Assembly (NCBI GenBank): GCA_034437795.1
Contig: DAOTTI010000189.1
Coordinates: 16,479-80,478, forward strand
Length of the DNA stretch: 64,000 bases
Reading direction: 5' to 3'
Source: Chloroflexota bacterium
GTDB taxonomy: Bacteria; Chloroflexota; UBA11872; UBA12225
Each line of letters opens with the position of its first letter. Positions within the stretch are counted from its first letter, which is position 1. Position numbers and translations under genes: made by a program. Positions 9,820 to 18,806 of the stretch are shown piece after piece. The notes beneath the pieces are model-generated. The model ran no database searches. It was not told the origin of the DNA and saw only the letters and a list, made by a program, of their open reading frames with translations.

Positions 9820-9960
9820 AGCCCTTACCCTAACCCTCTCCCACAGGGAGCGGGAATACACAGTGCTCTGCCAACGGGAGGGGAATACACAGTGCTCTGC
9901 CAACGGGAGCGGGAAGGCATCGCCGATGGTGCATCACGGAGGGTAAGGGTAGCGCGCACA
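9820..9960. repeat. Long imperfect hairpin element (ccttaccctaaccctctccc ... ggagggtaagggtagcg) containing a 29-nt direct tandem duplication (gggaatacacagtgctctgccaacgggag x2).
   Basis: Direct reading of the inverted flanks and the tandem unit at 9852-9909. Confidence 0.6.
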
Positions 9961-9990
9961 GGGGGCGAGCGGCGCGGCTGCCGGAGACGT

Positions 9991-10205
9991 ACGCAAGGGT
10001 CCAGATGACGCCCCGCCACGGCCCGCGTTCCCCCTCTCCGTGTCGGCACTGGAGCGGCGTGGGCCCCGCGGATCACACCCTCATGCCATTGCCCTCGTTC
10101 CCCTCTCCGTGTTGGAGCGGGGGTGGCGGGGCGAAGCCGCACGGTGGGGCCGGGTGGGGCAGGGGTGCGGCGCGGCCCCGGCCGAAGGGGGTGAGGTCGC
10201 TCCTC
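9991..10205 (-). repeat. Composite ~200-nt dispersed repeat, copy 1 (contains CCCTTCGGCCGGGGCCGCGCCGC). Second copy at 23986..24160.
   Basis: Shared blocks of 20-30 nt with the 23986-24160 region in inverted orientation. Overlaps the 3' end of the endonuclease V ORF. Confidence 0.6.
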
Positions 10206-10888
10206 TCTCCCAGCGCGGCCCCGAACGGCAGCGGGAGCCGGCCGCCGGCGGCGTTGTGGGCCTGGCGCTGGGGCTCGGGCAGGCGGTAGCGAGTGGCGCA
10301 GCTCAATACGAGCCGCACGGCAGTCGGCAGGTCGACGCGATGCCCGATAGAGACATAGAGGGGCTTCACTCCCGGCCGCGTGCGCACCGCCGCACCGACG
10401 ACCTCACCGCGGTCGAGGATCGGCGCGGTGGCGCCTCGCTCGTCCCCGAGGGGACCGTGGCGGCCGACCAGCAGGGACTTCGCCGAGCCAATAGTGGGGA
10501 TATCTAGCCACAGTCCCAGGTGCGAGGCGATGCCGAGGCGCCTTTGGTGGGCGATGCCCTGCCCGTCCACGATCAGCAGGTCCGGCTTCAGGCGCAGCTT
10601 CGCGAACGCCTCCAGGATGGCCGGCGCCTCGCGGAACGAGAGCAGGCCAGGAACGTATGGGAAGCGGGTCGGCTGCTCCACCACGGCCACGTCGAGGAGC
10701 TCCAGGTCCGGGTAGCTCAGCACGGCGATCGCGGCGCGGGTCACGTCGGGCGCGGGGAAGCCGGCGTCCACCCCGGCCACGCGCCGCACCTCGCCAAACG
10801 CGTTCTCACGGATGACGCGGGGCGCCAGGCGGCGCTGGATGGCCATTGCCTCCTCCGGCGTCACGTCCCAGCGATGTAGTTCAGACAT
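10073..10888 (-). CDS. nfi: Endonuclease V (deoxyinosine 3' endonuclease) with a ~45 aa C-terminal extension encoded by the adjacent repeat.
   Basis: DGQGIAHQRRLGIASHLGLWLDIPTIGSAKSLL core. The ORF is ~45 aa longer than typical because the stop lies inside the dispersed repeat. Confidence 0.8.
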   Translation of the reverse strand: MSELHRWDVTPEEAMAIQRRLAPRVIRENAFGEVRRVAGVDAGFPAPDVTRAAIAVLSYPDLELLDVAVVEQPTRFPYVPGLLSFREAPAILEAFAKLRLKPDLLIVDGQGIAHQRRLGIASHLGLWLDIPTIGSAKSLLVGRHGPLGDERGATAPILDRGEVVGAAVRTRPGVKPLYVSIGHRVDLPTAVRLVLSCATRYRLPEPQRQAHNAAGGRLPLPFGAALGERSDLTPFGRGRAAPLPHPAPPCGFAPPPPLQHGEGNEGNGMRV

Positions 10889-11045
10889 GGCTCGAGCCAG
10901 GCTCTTTCACACGGGCCGGCGCGACGGCGGGCGCCCGTAGTGGCGCTGCCCCGCCGCCGCAGGCCGGCCGCTACCGGCGGACCGCGCCTGCCTTGACGTA
11001 CGCGGCGCGATCCGGCTCGCCATCGCCGTCTCGCTGGTGGCGCCG

Positions 11046-12188
11046 TTAGCGGCGGATCTCATTCGCCCTGATGTACTCCCAGTTAATGTCCTGGCCCAGG
11101 CCGGGGCGGGGCGACACGTGGACGTAGCCCTGCTCGTCCATCGGATCGTCGAGGGCGTTGAGCCACGGCGCCGGCTGCTCGTAATCGAGGAAGGGGTGCA
11201 GCAGGCCGCGCTCGTAATACTCACCGGGGATCCCCATGGCGCACAGGCAGTGGAGGTTCCCCGCGCCGCCGCCGTGGATCTCCAGGCGAACGCCGTGCGA
11301 TTCGCACAGGTGGGCGATCTTCATCACGGGGGTGATGCCGCCCACGTCGCCCACGCCGGCACGGCTGATATCCGACGCGCCCCGCACGATCCACTCGGCG
11401 CGGGTGAACATCTTGCCTTCGGCCGTCTCCGGCCCGACCACGGGGATGGACAGCTGCTGGGCCAGCCAGACGTACGACGAGATGCTGTGCTCGGCCATCG
11501 GCTCTTCGAACCAGTAGTAGTTGAGCTTCTCGAGCTCCTTCCCGATGTAGAGCGCCTCCTCGCGGCTGTAGTAGTGGTAGGAGTCGAGCATCAGCACCAT
11601 GTCGTCGCCGACCGCCTCGCGGACAGCGCGGCACACGGCCACGTCCAGCTTGGGATTGGGCGCGCCGGGGATGGGGGGCATGATGGGGTGGATCTTGAAA
11701 GCGGTGTAGCCCCGGCTCCGGCAGGCCACGGCAAAGCTGGCGTAGGCCTCCGGCGAGTTCAGGCCGCCTTCCATGTCGTCACCGCACATCGTGCTGGCGT
11801 ACGCCTTCACTCGGTCTCGATAGGCGCCCAGGAGCTTGTAGACCGGCTGGTTGAAGTAGCGTCCGGCCAGGTCCCACAGGGCCATATCCACCACGCCAAT
11901 GACGCGGTCGGACAGCATCCCCAGGTTCAAGCGCTGCCATTCCCGTAGGCGCTGCCAGAGCTTCTCGCGGTAAAACGGATCCTCCCCCAGGAGAGCCGGC
12001 TTGACCACACGCTGGATCACCTCTGGACTGGCGCCGAAGGCGTAGCCCTCGTGGCCATCGTCGGTGACGATCGTCACCAGGCACTGCCTGGCGTCATGCT
12101 CAGGGCCGGGGTGAGCGTGGCCCTCCTCATCCCGAACAATCCTGGACTGGTAGTGGAACAGGGTGGTGCGGACGTCGGCGATCTTCAT
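11046..12188 (-). CDS. Enolase-superfamily enzyme (mandelate racemase / muconate lactonizing family; sugar-acid dehydratase-like).
   Basis: ATG at 12188 (MKIADVRTT). MR/MLE N-terminal capping and TIM-barrel motifs. The upstream 390 aa of ORF 11046..13364 is antisense to the HD gene and was rejected. Confidence 0.8.
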   Translation of the reverse strand: MKIADVRTTLFHYQSRIVRDEEGHAHPGPEHDARQCLVTIVTDDGHEGYAFGASPEVIQRVVKPALLGEDPFYREKLWQRLREWQRLNLGMLSDRVIGVVDMALWDLAGRYFNQPVYKLLGAYRDRVKAYASTMCGDDMEGGLNSPEAYASFAVACRSRGYTAFKIHPIMPPIPGAPNPKLDVAVCRAVREAVGDDMVLMLDSYHYYSREEALYIGKELEKLNYYWFEEPMAEHSISSYVWLAQQLSIPVVGPETAEGKMFTRAEWIVRGASDISRAGVGDVGGITPVMKIAHLCESHGVRLEIHGGGAGNLHCLCAMGIPGEYYERGLLHPFLDYEQPAPWLNALDDPMDEQGYVHVSPRPGLGQDINWEYIRANEIRR

Positions 12189-12329
12189 GACGTGACTGTA
12201 CCCAGTCGTGCGGCTGGCACGGCGCGCGCCGGCGCGTGACGTCGTGATCGACCGCCCGCGCGTGCCTTCGGGAGGCCTCCCCCGGCGTAGCGCGCGCTGC
12301 GCCCCCGCCTGCGCGTTATCATCCGCCAC

Positions 12330-12896
12330 ATGGCACGCACGTTGACGCGCGATGAGGCATGGCAGATCCTGACCGAGTTCACCCAGGCGCCGGCGCTGAT
12401 CCGCCACGCCCTGGCCGTCGAGGCGGCGATGCGGGCCCAGGCGCAGCGCTTCGGCGAAGATCCAGAGTACTGGGGCATCGTCGGCCTGCTCCACGACTTC
12501 GACTTCGAGCGCCATCCGACGGCAGACGAGCACCCCTTCGCCGGCGCGCAGATCCTGCGCGAGCGGGGGTACCCTGAGCTGGCTGAGGACATCCTCTCGC
12601 ACGCCACCTACAGCGGGGTCCCTCGCGATACCGCCCTGCGCAAGGCGCTCTACGCCGTAGACGAGCTGACGGGGTTCATCACCGCCGTGGCGCTCGTCCG
12701 CCCCACCAAGAGCCTCTCTGATGTCGAGCCGTCGTCGGTGCGCAGGAAGATGAAGGATAAGGCCTTTGCCCGCGCCGTGAACCGCGAGGACATCATCAAG
12801 GGGGCGGAGGAGCTGGGCGTGGACCTGGACGAGCACATCCGCTTCGTCACCGAGTCGCTCAAGCCGGTGGCGAAGGAGCTCGGCCTCAATCCCTGA
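12330..12896 (+). CDS. HD-domain metal-dependent phosphohydrolase.
   Basis: 188 aa. H...HD...D motif (ALAVEAAM...GLLHDFDFERH). Confidence 0.7.
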   Translation: MARTLTRDEAWQILTEFTQAPALIRHALAVEAAMRAQAQRFGEDPEYWGIVGLLHDFDFERHPTADEHPFAGAQILRERGYPELAEDILSHATYSGVPRDTALRKALYAVDELTGFITAVALVRPTKSLSDVEPSSVRRKMKDKAFARAVNREDIIKGAEELGVDLDEHIRFVTESLKPVAKELGLNP

Positions 12897-12916
12897 TGCA
12901 CGCGGATGGTCGTGCA

Positions 12917-12990
12917 CAAGCTGGGGCGACACCAAGCTGGGGCGACACCAAGCTGGGGCGACACCAAACTGGGGCGACACCAAGCTGGGG
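12917..12990 (+). repeat. 16-nt tandem repeat (caagctggggcgacac) x about 4.5, ending 8 nt before the start codon of the next gene.
   Basis: Direct reading. Lies between the HD gene stop (12896) and the dehydratase ATG (12999). Confidence 0.8.
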
Positions 12991-12998
12991 AGGCACAC

Positions 12999-14135
12999 AT
13001 GAAGATCACCGAGATCAAGACGTACGTCATGGAAAGCCCGGGCCGCGAGTACGTGTTCGTCAAGGTCATGACGGACGAGGGGATCCACGGCTGGGGCGAG
13101 GGCACGCTGGAGATGAAGCAAGGCACGGTGGTCGCGGCCGTGCGGGACCTGCAGGGCTTCGTCATCGGCGAAGACCCGACGCGGATCGATTACCTGTGGC
13201 AGCGGATGTACCGCCACGGGTTCTGGCGCGGGGGCGTGGCGATCCTTTCGGCCATCTCCGCCATCGAGCAGGCCCTGTGGGACATCACGGGGAAGGCCTA
13301 CGGCCAGCCCGTCTACAAGCTCCTGGGCGGCGCGGTGCGGGATTACATTCCCTGCTACACCCACTGCGGCGATCCCGAGCGGGCGCTACAGCTGATGGAG
13401 GACGGATGGCGGGCCTTCAAGTTCGGACCCCGCGGCCGGCGTGGCGGCAGCAACGTGGTGGACGAGCGGGAGCTGGTGCGCGAGACGGCGAAGGCGTATG
13501 AGCGGATGCGCCAGGCCTGCGGCGACGACGTGGAGCTGATGTGCGACGTCCACGGCCGCCTGCGCCCAGCGGCCGCGATCCGCCTGGGTAAGGCGCTCGA
13601 GCCATACGACCTGCTCTTCCTGGAGGAGCCGGTGCCGCCGGACAACATCCAGAGCCTGCGCCTGGTGCGCGAGGCGGGATTGTCCATGGACCTGGCGACC
13701 GGCGAGCGGGCGTTCACCAAGTGGGGCTTTCGCGAGCTGATCGAGCAGCAGCTGGTCGACGTGATCCAGCCGGACCTCTGCCATGACGGGGGCATCAAGG
13801 AGACCCTCAAGATCGGGGCCATGGCCGAGACCTACCACATCCTGGTGGCGCCCCATAACCCGAATGGCCCCGTGGGGACGGCGGCGTCGGTGCACGTCGC
13901 GGCCGTGATGCCCAACTTTCGCATCCTGGAGTACGCGCTCTCCCCAACGCGGGACGCCTGCCAGGCGGCGAGCGAGGCCGAGTGCTTCAAGGCCCGTAAC
14001 GGCCGCATCGAGCTGCCGCGCCGGCCTGGGCTGGGCATCGAACTGGACGAGGAATACCTGGAGGCGCACCCTTACCAGGGCGTGAAGCTGTGGCCGGGCT
14101 TGCGCTACGCCGACGGGGGCATCGCCGATGTGTAA
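12999..14135 (+). CDS. Enolase-superfamily dehydratase (mannonate / galactonate dehydratase-like subgroup).
   Basis: MKITEIKTYV start, ManD-like N-terminal domain, KxK and DxExD-type barrel residues. 379 aa. Confidence 0.8.
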   Translation: MKITEIKTYVMESPGREYVFVKVMTDEGIHGWGEGTLEMKQGTVVAAVRDLQGFVIGEDPTRIDYLWQRMYRHGFWRGGVAILSAISAIEQALWDITGKAYGQPVYKLLGGAVRDYIPCYTHCGDPERALQLMEDGWRAFKFGPRGRRGGSNVVDERELVRETAKAYERMRQACGDDVELMCDVHGRLRPAAAIRLGKALEPYDLLFLEEPVPPDNIQSLRLVREAGLSMDLATGERAFTKWGFRELIEQQLVDVIQPDLCHDGGIKETLKIGAMAETYHILVAPHNPNGPVGTAASVHVAAVMPNFRILEYALSPTRDACQAASEAECFKARNGRIELPRRPGLGIELDEEYLEAHPYQGVKLWPGLRYADGGIADV

Positions 14136-14315
14136 GGACGCGGCGAGAGTGGAGGCGGCCGGCGCTCCCTATGCGGGGCGTATCCAGCGCGCTCCTTCCG
14201 GCCGGCCGGCGCGGGGGGGAGCAGCGCCGGCACCCCGGAGGCATCCCGCCGCGCCACCATGGAAGCGGTTCGCCTCCACCCAAGCCTGCCGGTCCTCCGG
14301 GGCCGATGAGTAGTC

Positions 14316-14834
14316 ATGGCCAGACCACGGTTCCACCTGCTGGCCACGGCGCCCCTGGCCTGGGCGCTGTACCGGCGGCTGGGGATGGCCGCGGCCGCCG
14401 GCGCGGTCGCCAGCGGCGTGCTGATCGACGGCGACCACCTCGTCGATTACCTGTGGACCAGGTGGCGTAAGCAGAAGAGCCACTACTTTGCGCCCCTGCA
14501 CGCCTGGGAGCTTGCCACGGCGGCCCTGGTTCTGGCAGCGCTGGTCTGGCAGGCCGGTACAGACGGCAAGCCCCGCCCCCGATCCGTTCGGGGCCGGCAG
14601 AGCCGGCCGGCGCGCTCCCTACCGGTGGGGCGCGCGCGGGCGCTGCTCACGGGGCTGGCGGCGGGCTGGTGGCTGCACCTGGTGCAGGACGTGCTCACAA
14701 ACCGCCCCGAGCACTGGGGCACCTATACCCTCTTCTTCCGCGCCTCACGCGGCTTTGCGCGCCACGCCACCGGCTGGGCGAACCACCGGTCCTTCCACGA
14801 CTGGAGCCATCGCCCGTGGTACGAGTGGTTCTGA
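14316..14834 (+). CDS. Putative membrane-bound metal-dependent hydrolase (YdjM/DUF457-like).
   Basis: 172 aa with hydrophobic segments and an IDGDHLVDYLW motif. Weak family assignment. Confidence 0.45.
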   Translation: MARPRFHLLATAPLAWALYRRLGMAAAAGAVASGVLIDGDHLVDYLWTRWRKQKSHYFAPLHAWELATAALVLAALVWQAGTDGKPRPRSVRGRQSRPARSLPVGRARALLTGLAAGWWLHLVQDVLTNRPEHWGTYTLFFRASRGFARHATGWANHRSFHDWSHRPWYEWF

Positions 14835-15069
14835 CCGGAGCACTGCTCCGGCTGCCGTACGGCGGTCGCCCAGGCAGGCTGCCGGCTGCAAGGAGGACTG
14901 GGACACAGGGCGGGCACGGTGGCCTCCCGGCCCCGGCGTACGGCCACGCTGGCTGCCGCGTGCCGTAGGGGGCCCCATTCACGACGCGACAGGTCCTATA
15001 ATGGCCGGCAGCGCGACACAGCCGGCCGGAGGACGGTGGCCGGGCGAGGACGCTAGAGGAGAGGTGACA

Positions 15070-15819
15070 ATGGTTACGGCAGACGTGAGGGTGCTGAAGG
15101 CGCGGGCCGTCTTTCGCGGCCCTGGCCCGCAGGTGAACGGCCTGGAGGCCGTGCCCGAGGGACTGTGGGTATCTGACCAGATCGACAACCGGACGTATCT
15201 GGTCGATTACGAGGGCAGGATCCTGACCAGCTTTCCCAGCCCGGCGCGTAACGCCAGCGGGACCAGCTTCGGCGCGGGCTCGGTGTGGGTCGCATCCAAC
15301 ACGCGGCCAGCGATGATCTTCCGCCACGATCCGCAGACCGGCCACTGCACCGCCTGCGTGATCCTGCCGGACGCGGATCGCGGGGGCGTGCACGGTATCC
15401 AGTGGCGGCCGTATGAGCTGGGGATCCAGCCTCCCGCGCCGCCGGCGCCCAGGGGAGAGCTGCACCCGACCGCCCCCGCGGGGAAGTTGCACGCGGGGCC
15501 GGGCGTGAGCGGGACCCTGTGGGTCACCCGCCCGGGCACGCTGATCATCCAGCACATCGACGCCGAGACGGGAGAGCTGCTCGGCCAGATCCCATTCCCT
15601 GCCGCGCGCTCGCACGGCATGTACTGGGACGAGCAGGACCAGACCCTCAACGTGGCGGAGACGAACCACGGCCACGTCTACAAGCTGCACCCGTTGACCG
15701 GCGAGGTGCTGGATGAGTGGCGCATCGAAGGGGCAGAGGTGCACGGCATGACGCGCAGCGCCGACGGCCGGATCTGGATCGGAGACGCTTCCAGCAAGAT
15801 GATCTACGTGGTGGATTAG
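15070..15819 (+). CDS. Beta-propeller protein (NHL/SMP-30/Vgb-like repeat fold), function unknown.
   Basis: The ATG at 15070 is preceded by GGAGAGG. Repeated WV/WI...D blades. The upstream part of ORF 14488..15819 is low-complexity and was rejected. Confidence 0.55.
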   Translation: MVTADVRVLKARAVFRGPGPQVNGLEAVPEGLWVSDQIDNRTYLVDYEGRILTSFPSPARNASGTSFGAGSVWVASNTRPAMIFRHDPQTGHCTACVILPDADRGGVHGIQWRPYELGIQPPAPPAPRGELHPTAPAGKLHAGPGVSGTLWVTRPGTLIIQHIDAETGELLGQIPFPAARSHGMYWDEQDQTLNVAETNHGHVYKLHPLTGEVLDEWRIEGAEVHGMTRSADGRIWIGDASSKMIYVVD

Positions 15820-15832
15820 GAGGCGAGGAAGC

Positions 15833-16294
15833 ATGGACCTGACGAAGCAACCCCCGCGCAGCCCCTACGATGAGCTGGGCGGGATCACGTTTCTGCCACG
15901 CTCGATCGACAAGATGCGTGCCTACATCGCCGGTACGGTGGGAGCCTACAACGCTAAAAGCGGCTACAGCGTTGAGCTCTTCAAGCTCTTCGGCGTCACC
16001 GCCGACGAGTTCGAGCAGATCGTGCGCGAGCACCCAACGGACGAAGGGGTGCTCAACGCGCTGCTAACGCGCAAGCGCCTCAGCCAGGAAGAGATCGAGG
16101 AGTGGAACCGGCGCTCCATCAACCGCATGCCGGCAGACGAGGCAGGATGGGCCCGCCACTGGCGGATGCTGGAGGATGCCGGCTACGGCCACCGGCGGGA
16201 CATCGTCACCATGTACGACCGCCTGGACCTGGACGATGGCCGCGAGGTGCCCGTCGGCGGACGGCCACATCCGCTCAAAGCGGCGCGTGCCTGA
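15833..16294 (+). CDS. DUF5069-family protein (paralog of the 21746..22150 gene).
   Basis: 153 aa. Shares LPRSIDKMRA...GAY...GV..DE motifs with the 21746 gene. AGGAGG RBS upstream. Confidence 0.7.
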   Translation: MDLTKQPPRSPYDELGGITFLPRSIDKMRAYIAGTVGAYNAKSGYSVELFKLFGVTADEFEQIVREHPTDEGVLNALLTRKRLSQEEIEEWNRRSINRMPADEAGWARHWRMLEDAGYGHRRDIVTMYDRLDLDDGREVPVGGRPHPLKAARA

Positions 16295-16501
16295 ATGCCT
16301 CTACACTCTGGAGCCACAGCCTGGGTTCTTCCTGGCCGACGATCAGTTCCCTCTCCCACAGCGAGAGGGGTAGGGCGATGGCTCCGCTCATGATTAGGCC
16401 AGGATAGTCCCTCGTAGCCCACCGTTTCCCCTCTCCGCGTCTCCGCGTCTCCGCGTGGGAGCAGGGGGCGAAGGGGGGCGGCGTTTTCCGCGGAACTCAC
16501 G

Positions 16502-17398
16502 TCAGGCGCCGATGGACGCCAGCAGATGCTCGATGAAGGCGGGGGCGTCCAGGTCGACGCTGACTTCCGCCGTAGGGGGCGCGCGCTCGTCCACGCGTAG
16601 GTGCACCAGGCGATCGGCGTACGAGGGGCGCAGGGCCACCGGCCGCATCACGAGATACCGGCCGGTGTAGGCCAGCGTCAGCGAGAGCGGATCGTACATG
16701 GCGGTGTCGGCGCGGGGCTTGAGCGTCATGTAGCGCTCAAGCTGCTCCGCGGCGGCACGGCAGGCCGGTGAGCCGGCGCGAAGGCGGGGCAGGTGGGCAT
16801 AGCCGATGCGCGCGCGGCTGGTGACGTCGTACGTGCCGATCTTGAGCGGCGCGCCGCTCTCCAGCACCAGGCGGGTGGCCGGCGGATCCGAGTTGAAGTT
16901 GAACTCGCCCTTCTCGGCGTCCGTCCCCAAGCGGCCGCCCATCAGGATCAGGCTGCGCAGCCGGCGCGGGAGGTCCGGCGCGCGTCGGAAGGCGTCACCC
17001 ACGTTGGTCAGTGGACCGATGGCCACCAGCACCGGTGGTTCGGGGCAGGCGCGGACGGTCTCGATCAGCACGTCCACGGCGCCGGCGCGGGCGATCCCGC
17101 CGCCGAGCGTCTCCCATTCGTCAGAGCCAGGCGGCCCCACGAAGCCGAGGGCAGAGCTGAGGCGCTCTCCGGGATCCCGCCCGCCCAGCGTCGTCCGGTG
17201 GCCGGCGGCGACCGGCACGGCATCCTTGCCAATCATGGCCAGGAACTTGCGGGCCACGCGCGCCTTGTATTCGGTATCGCCGTGCACGGTGGTGACGCCG
17301 AGCAGGTGAAGCTCTGGCCGCAGGGCGGCCAGCAGCAGGGCGAACACGTCGTCGACGTCATCGCCGATATCGGTATCAAGGATGAGCGGTATAGGCAT
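16502..17398 (-). CDS. Nucleoside hydrolase (inosine-uridine preferring family).
   Basis: N-terminal LILDTDIGDDVDDVFAL aspartate cluster, diagnostic for the IU-NH family. Confidence 0.85.
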   Translation of the reverse strand: MPIPLILDTDIGDDVDDVFALLLAALRPELHLLGVTTVHGDTEYKARVARKFLAMIGKDAVPVAAGHRTTLGGRDPGERLSSALGFVGPPGSDEWETLGGGIARAGAVDVLIETVRACPEPPVLVAIGPLTNVGDAFRRAPDLPRRLRSLILMGGRLGTDAEKGEFNFNSDPPATRLVLESGAPLKIGTYDVTSRARIGYAHLPRLRAGSPACRAAAEQLERYMTLKPRADTAMYDPLSLTLAYTGRYLVMRPVALRPSYADRLVHLRVDERAPPTAEVSVDLDAPAFIEHLLASIGA

Positions 17399-17541
17399 AG
17401 CCGACCTTCAGCGTATGGTGAGGGACAGGGGCTCGACGGCCAGCGCCGCCGATTGTAGAGGAGCGGGGCACGGCCGGGTACCATCAGCCAGGACGGCGGC
17501 GCCGGCGGCGTGCGGCGGCCGCGGAACCGCGCGAGGAGCAC

Positions 17542-18321
17542 GTGAAGGCAGAAGCTGGTGAGTTCAGGGCGCAGGTAGCGGTCGTGACCGGCGGCAGCCG
17601 CGGCATTGGCCGCGCCATCGCGCTGGCGTTCGCCCGCCACGGCGCACGCGGCGTCGTGATCGGCTATCAGGGGAACGCCCCCGCCGCCGACGAGACGGTG
17701 GACCACCTGCGGGCGCTGGGGTGCGAGGGCGAGGCCCTGGCCGGCGACATCGCCAGGCCCGAGACCGCCAAGGCCCTGGCCAGGCTGGCCGTGGCCCGCT
17801 GGGGGCGCCTGGACGCCTGGGTAAACAATGCGGGGGTGACAGCCGACGGCCCGTTCCTGCGCATGCCAGAGCCTCGCTGGCGGCGCGTGCTGGACACGAA
17901 CCTGGAGGGCACCCGCCACGGCTGCAGCGCCGCCCTCTCGGTCATGTTCCGCCAGCGCGCCGGCGCCATCGTGAACGTGACCAGCGTGGTGGGCCTGGTT
18001 GGGAACAGCGGCCAGGCCAACTACGCCGCCGCGAAGGCGGCCGTGACCGGTCTGACCCGCGCCCTGGCCGTTGACTTCGGGCGACGCGGGGTGCGGATCA
18101 ACGCCGTCGCCCCCGGCTACATTGAGACCGACCTGACGCAAGACCTGTCCGCTCCGGCCAGACAGGCGCTGCTCGAACGCGTACCCCTGGGCCGGCTCGG
18201 GCGGGTCGAGGACGTGGCCGAGCTAGTGGTCTTCCTGTGCAGCGAGCGGGCATCATACATCACCGGCTGCACCTTTGTGGTTGATGGGGGGCTGACCGCG
18301 GGCCTGCGCCTGGGGCCCTGA
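17542..18321 (+). CDS. fabG: 3-oxoacyl-[ACP] reductase (FabG-type SDR).
   Basis: VAVVTGGSRGIG, NNAG, and YxxxK with a PG motif. GTG start. Confidence 0.8.
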   Translation: MKAEAGEFRAQVAVVTGGSRGIGRAIALAFARHGARGVVIGYQGNAPAADETVDHLRALGCEGEALAGDIARPETAKALARLAVARWGRLDAWVNNAGVTADGPFLRMPEPRWRRVLDTNLEGTRHGCSAALSVMFRQRAGAIVNVTSVVGLVGNSGQANYAAAKAAVTGLTRALAVDFGRRGVRINAVAPGYIETDLTQDLSAPARQALLERVPLGRLGRVEDVAELVVFLCSERASYITGCTFVVDGGLTAGLRLGP

Positions 18322-18519
18322 CCAGCCGCAGGCGGGGCCCGGGCGCCCCTCATCGGCTCCTGGAGCGGCTCAGGACCGCCCTGTCTCGCAGCCAGCGGAG
18401 GCCAGCCCGGATGATGGGCAAGCGGCGCCCACACCCTCGCCCAGGGTTCCCACCGGAGGCGGGACGACCAAAGAGAGACGACGCGTCGCTCGACGTGCAT
18501 AATCCAGGCTAAGTATCCG

Positions 18520-18586
18520 CTGGTATGTTCGCGTCGCCCTGTCCATCGATGCCCGGCCATCCTATCCCGCACGAACATACCAGCGC
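18520..18586 (+). other. Strong stem-loop (14-bp perfect arms cgctggtatgttcg / cgaacataccagcg, 39-nt loop) inside the 485-nt fabG-fabF intergenic region.
   Basis: Direct reading. The region is locally AT-richer than the surroundings, and no acpP ORF is present where one is expected. Confidence 0.5.
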
Positions 18587-18806
18587 CGACTTAGCGCGAG
18601 GTCCGGGCAGCGCGGCTGCGATCGCGGTAGGGCGAATGGGACCTGCTTCGGGGCGTCGCCGTGAGGCACCAGAGAGGAAGCGGTATCCTATGGGGCTGAG
18701 CACGCGAGCTTGTAAGCGAGCCGGCGCGGCGGGAAGCGACCGTGCGCGCGTGGGGTTTCCACGCGGGGCAGCGGGGCACCTCCTCGCGCCGGACAGGTAG
18801 ATCGGG

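Noticed and set aside
12189-13364. Upstream 390 aa of the 772 aa ORF 11046..13364 (minus strand).
   Set aside because: It is antisense to the HD-domain gene and to the start of the ManD-like dehydratase. The enolase-family domain begins at the internal ATG (12188).
14488-15069. N-terminal 194 aa of ORF 14488..15819.
   Set aside because: Low-complexity Pro/Arg/Ala-rich translation. The beta-propeller homology starts at the ATG at 15070, which has a good RBS.
18322-18806. Tested the fabG-fabF intergenic region for tmRNA, SRP RNA, RNase P RNA or an acpP ORF.
   Set aside because: Only short chance matches were found (GGGGCUGA; AGGUCCGG). There are no paired 5'/3' tRNA-like ends, no domain-IV motif context, and no ACP-like ORF in any frame.
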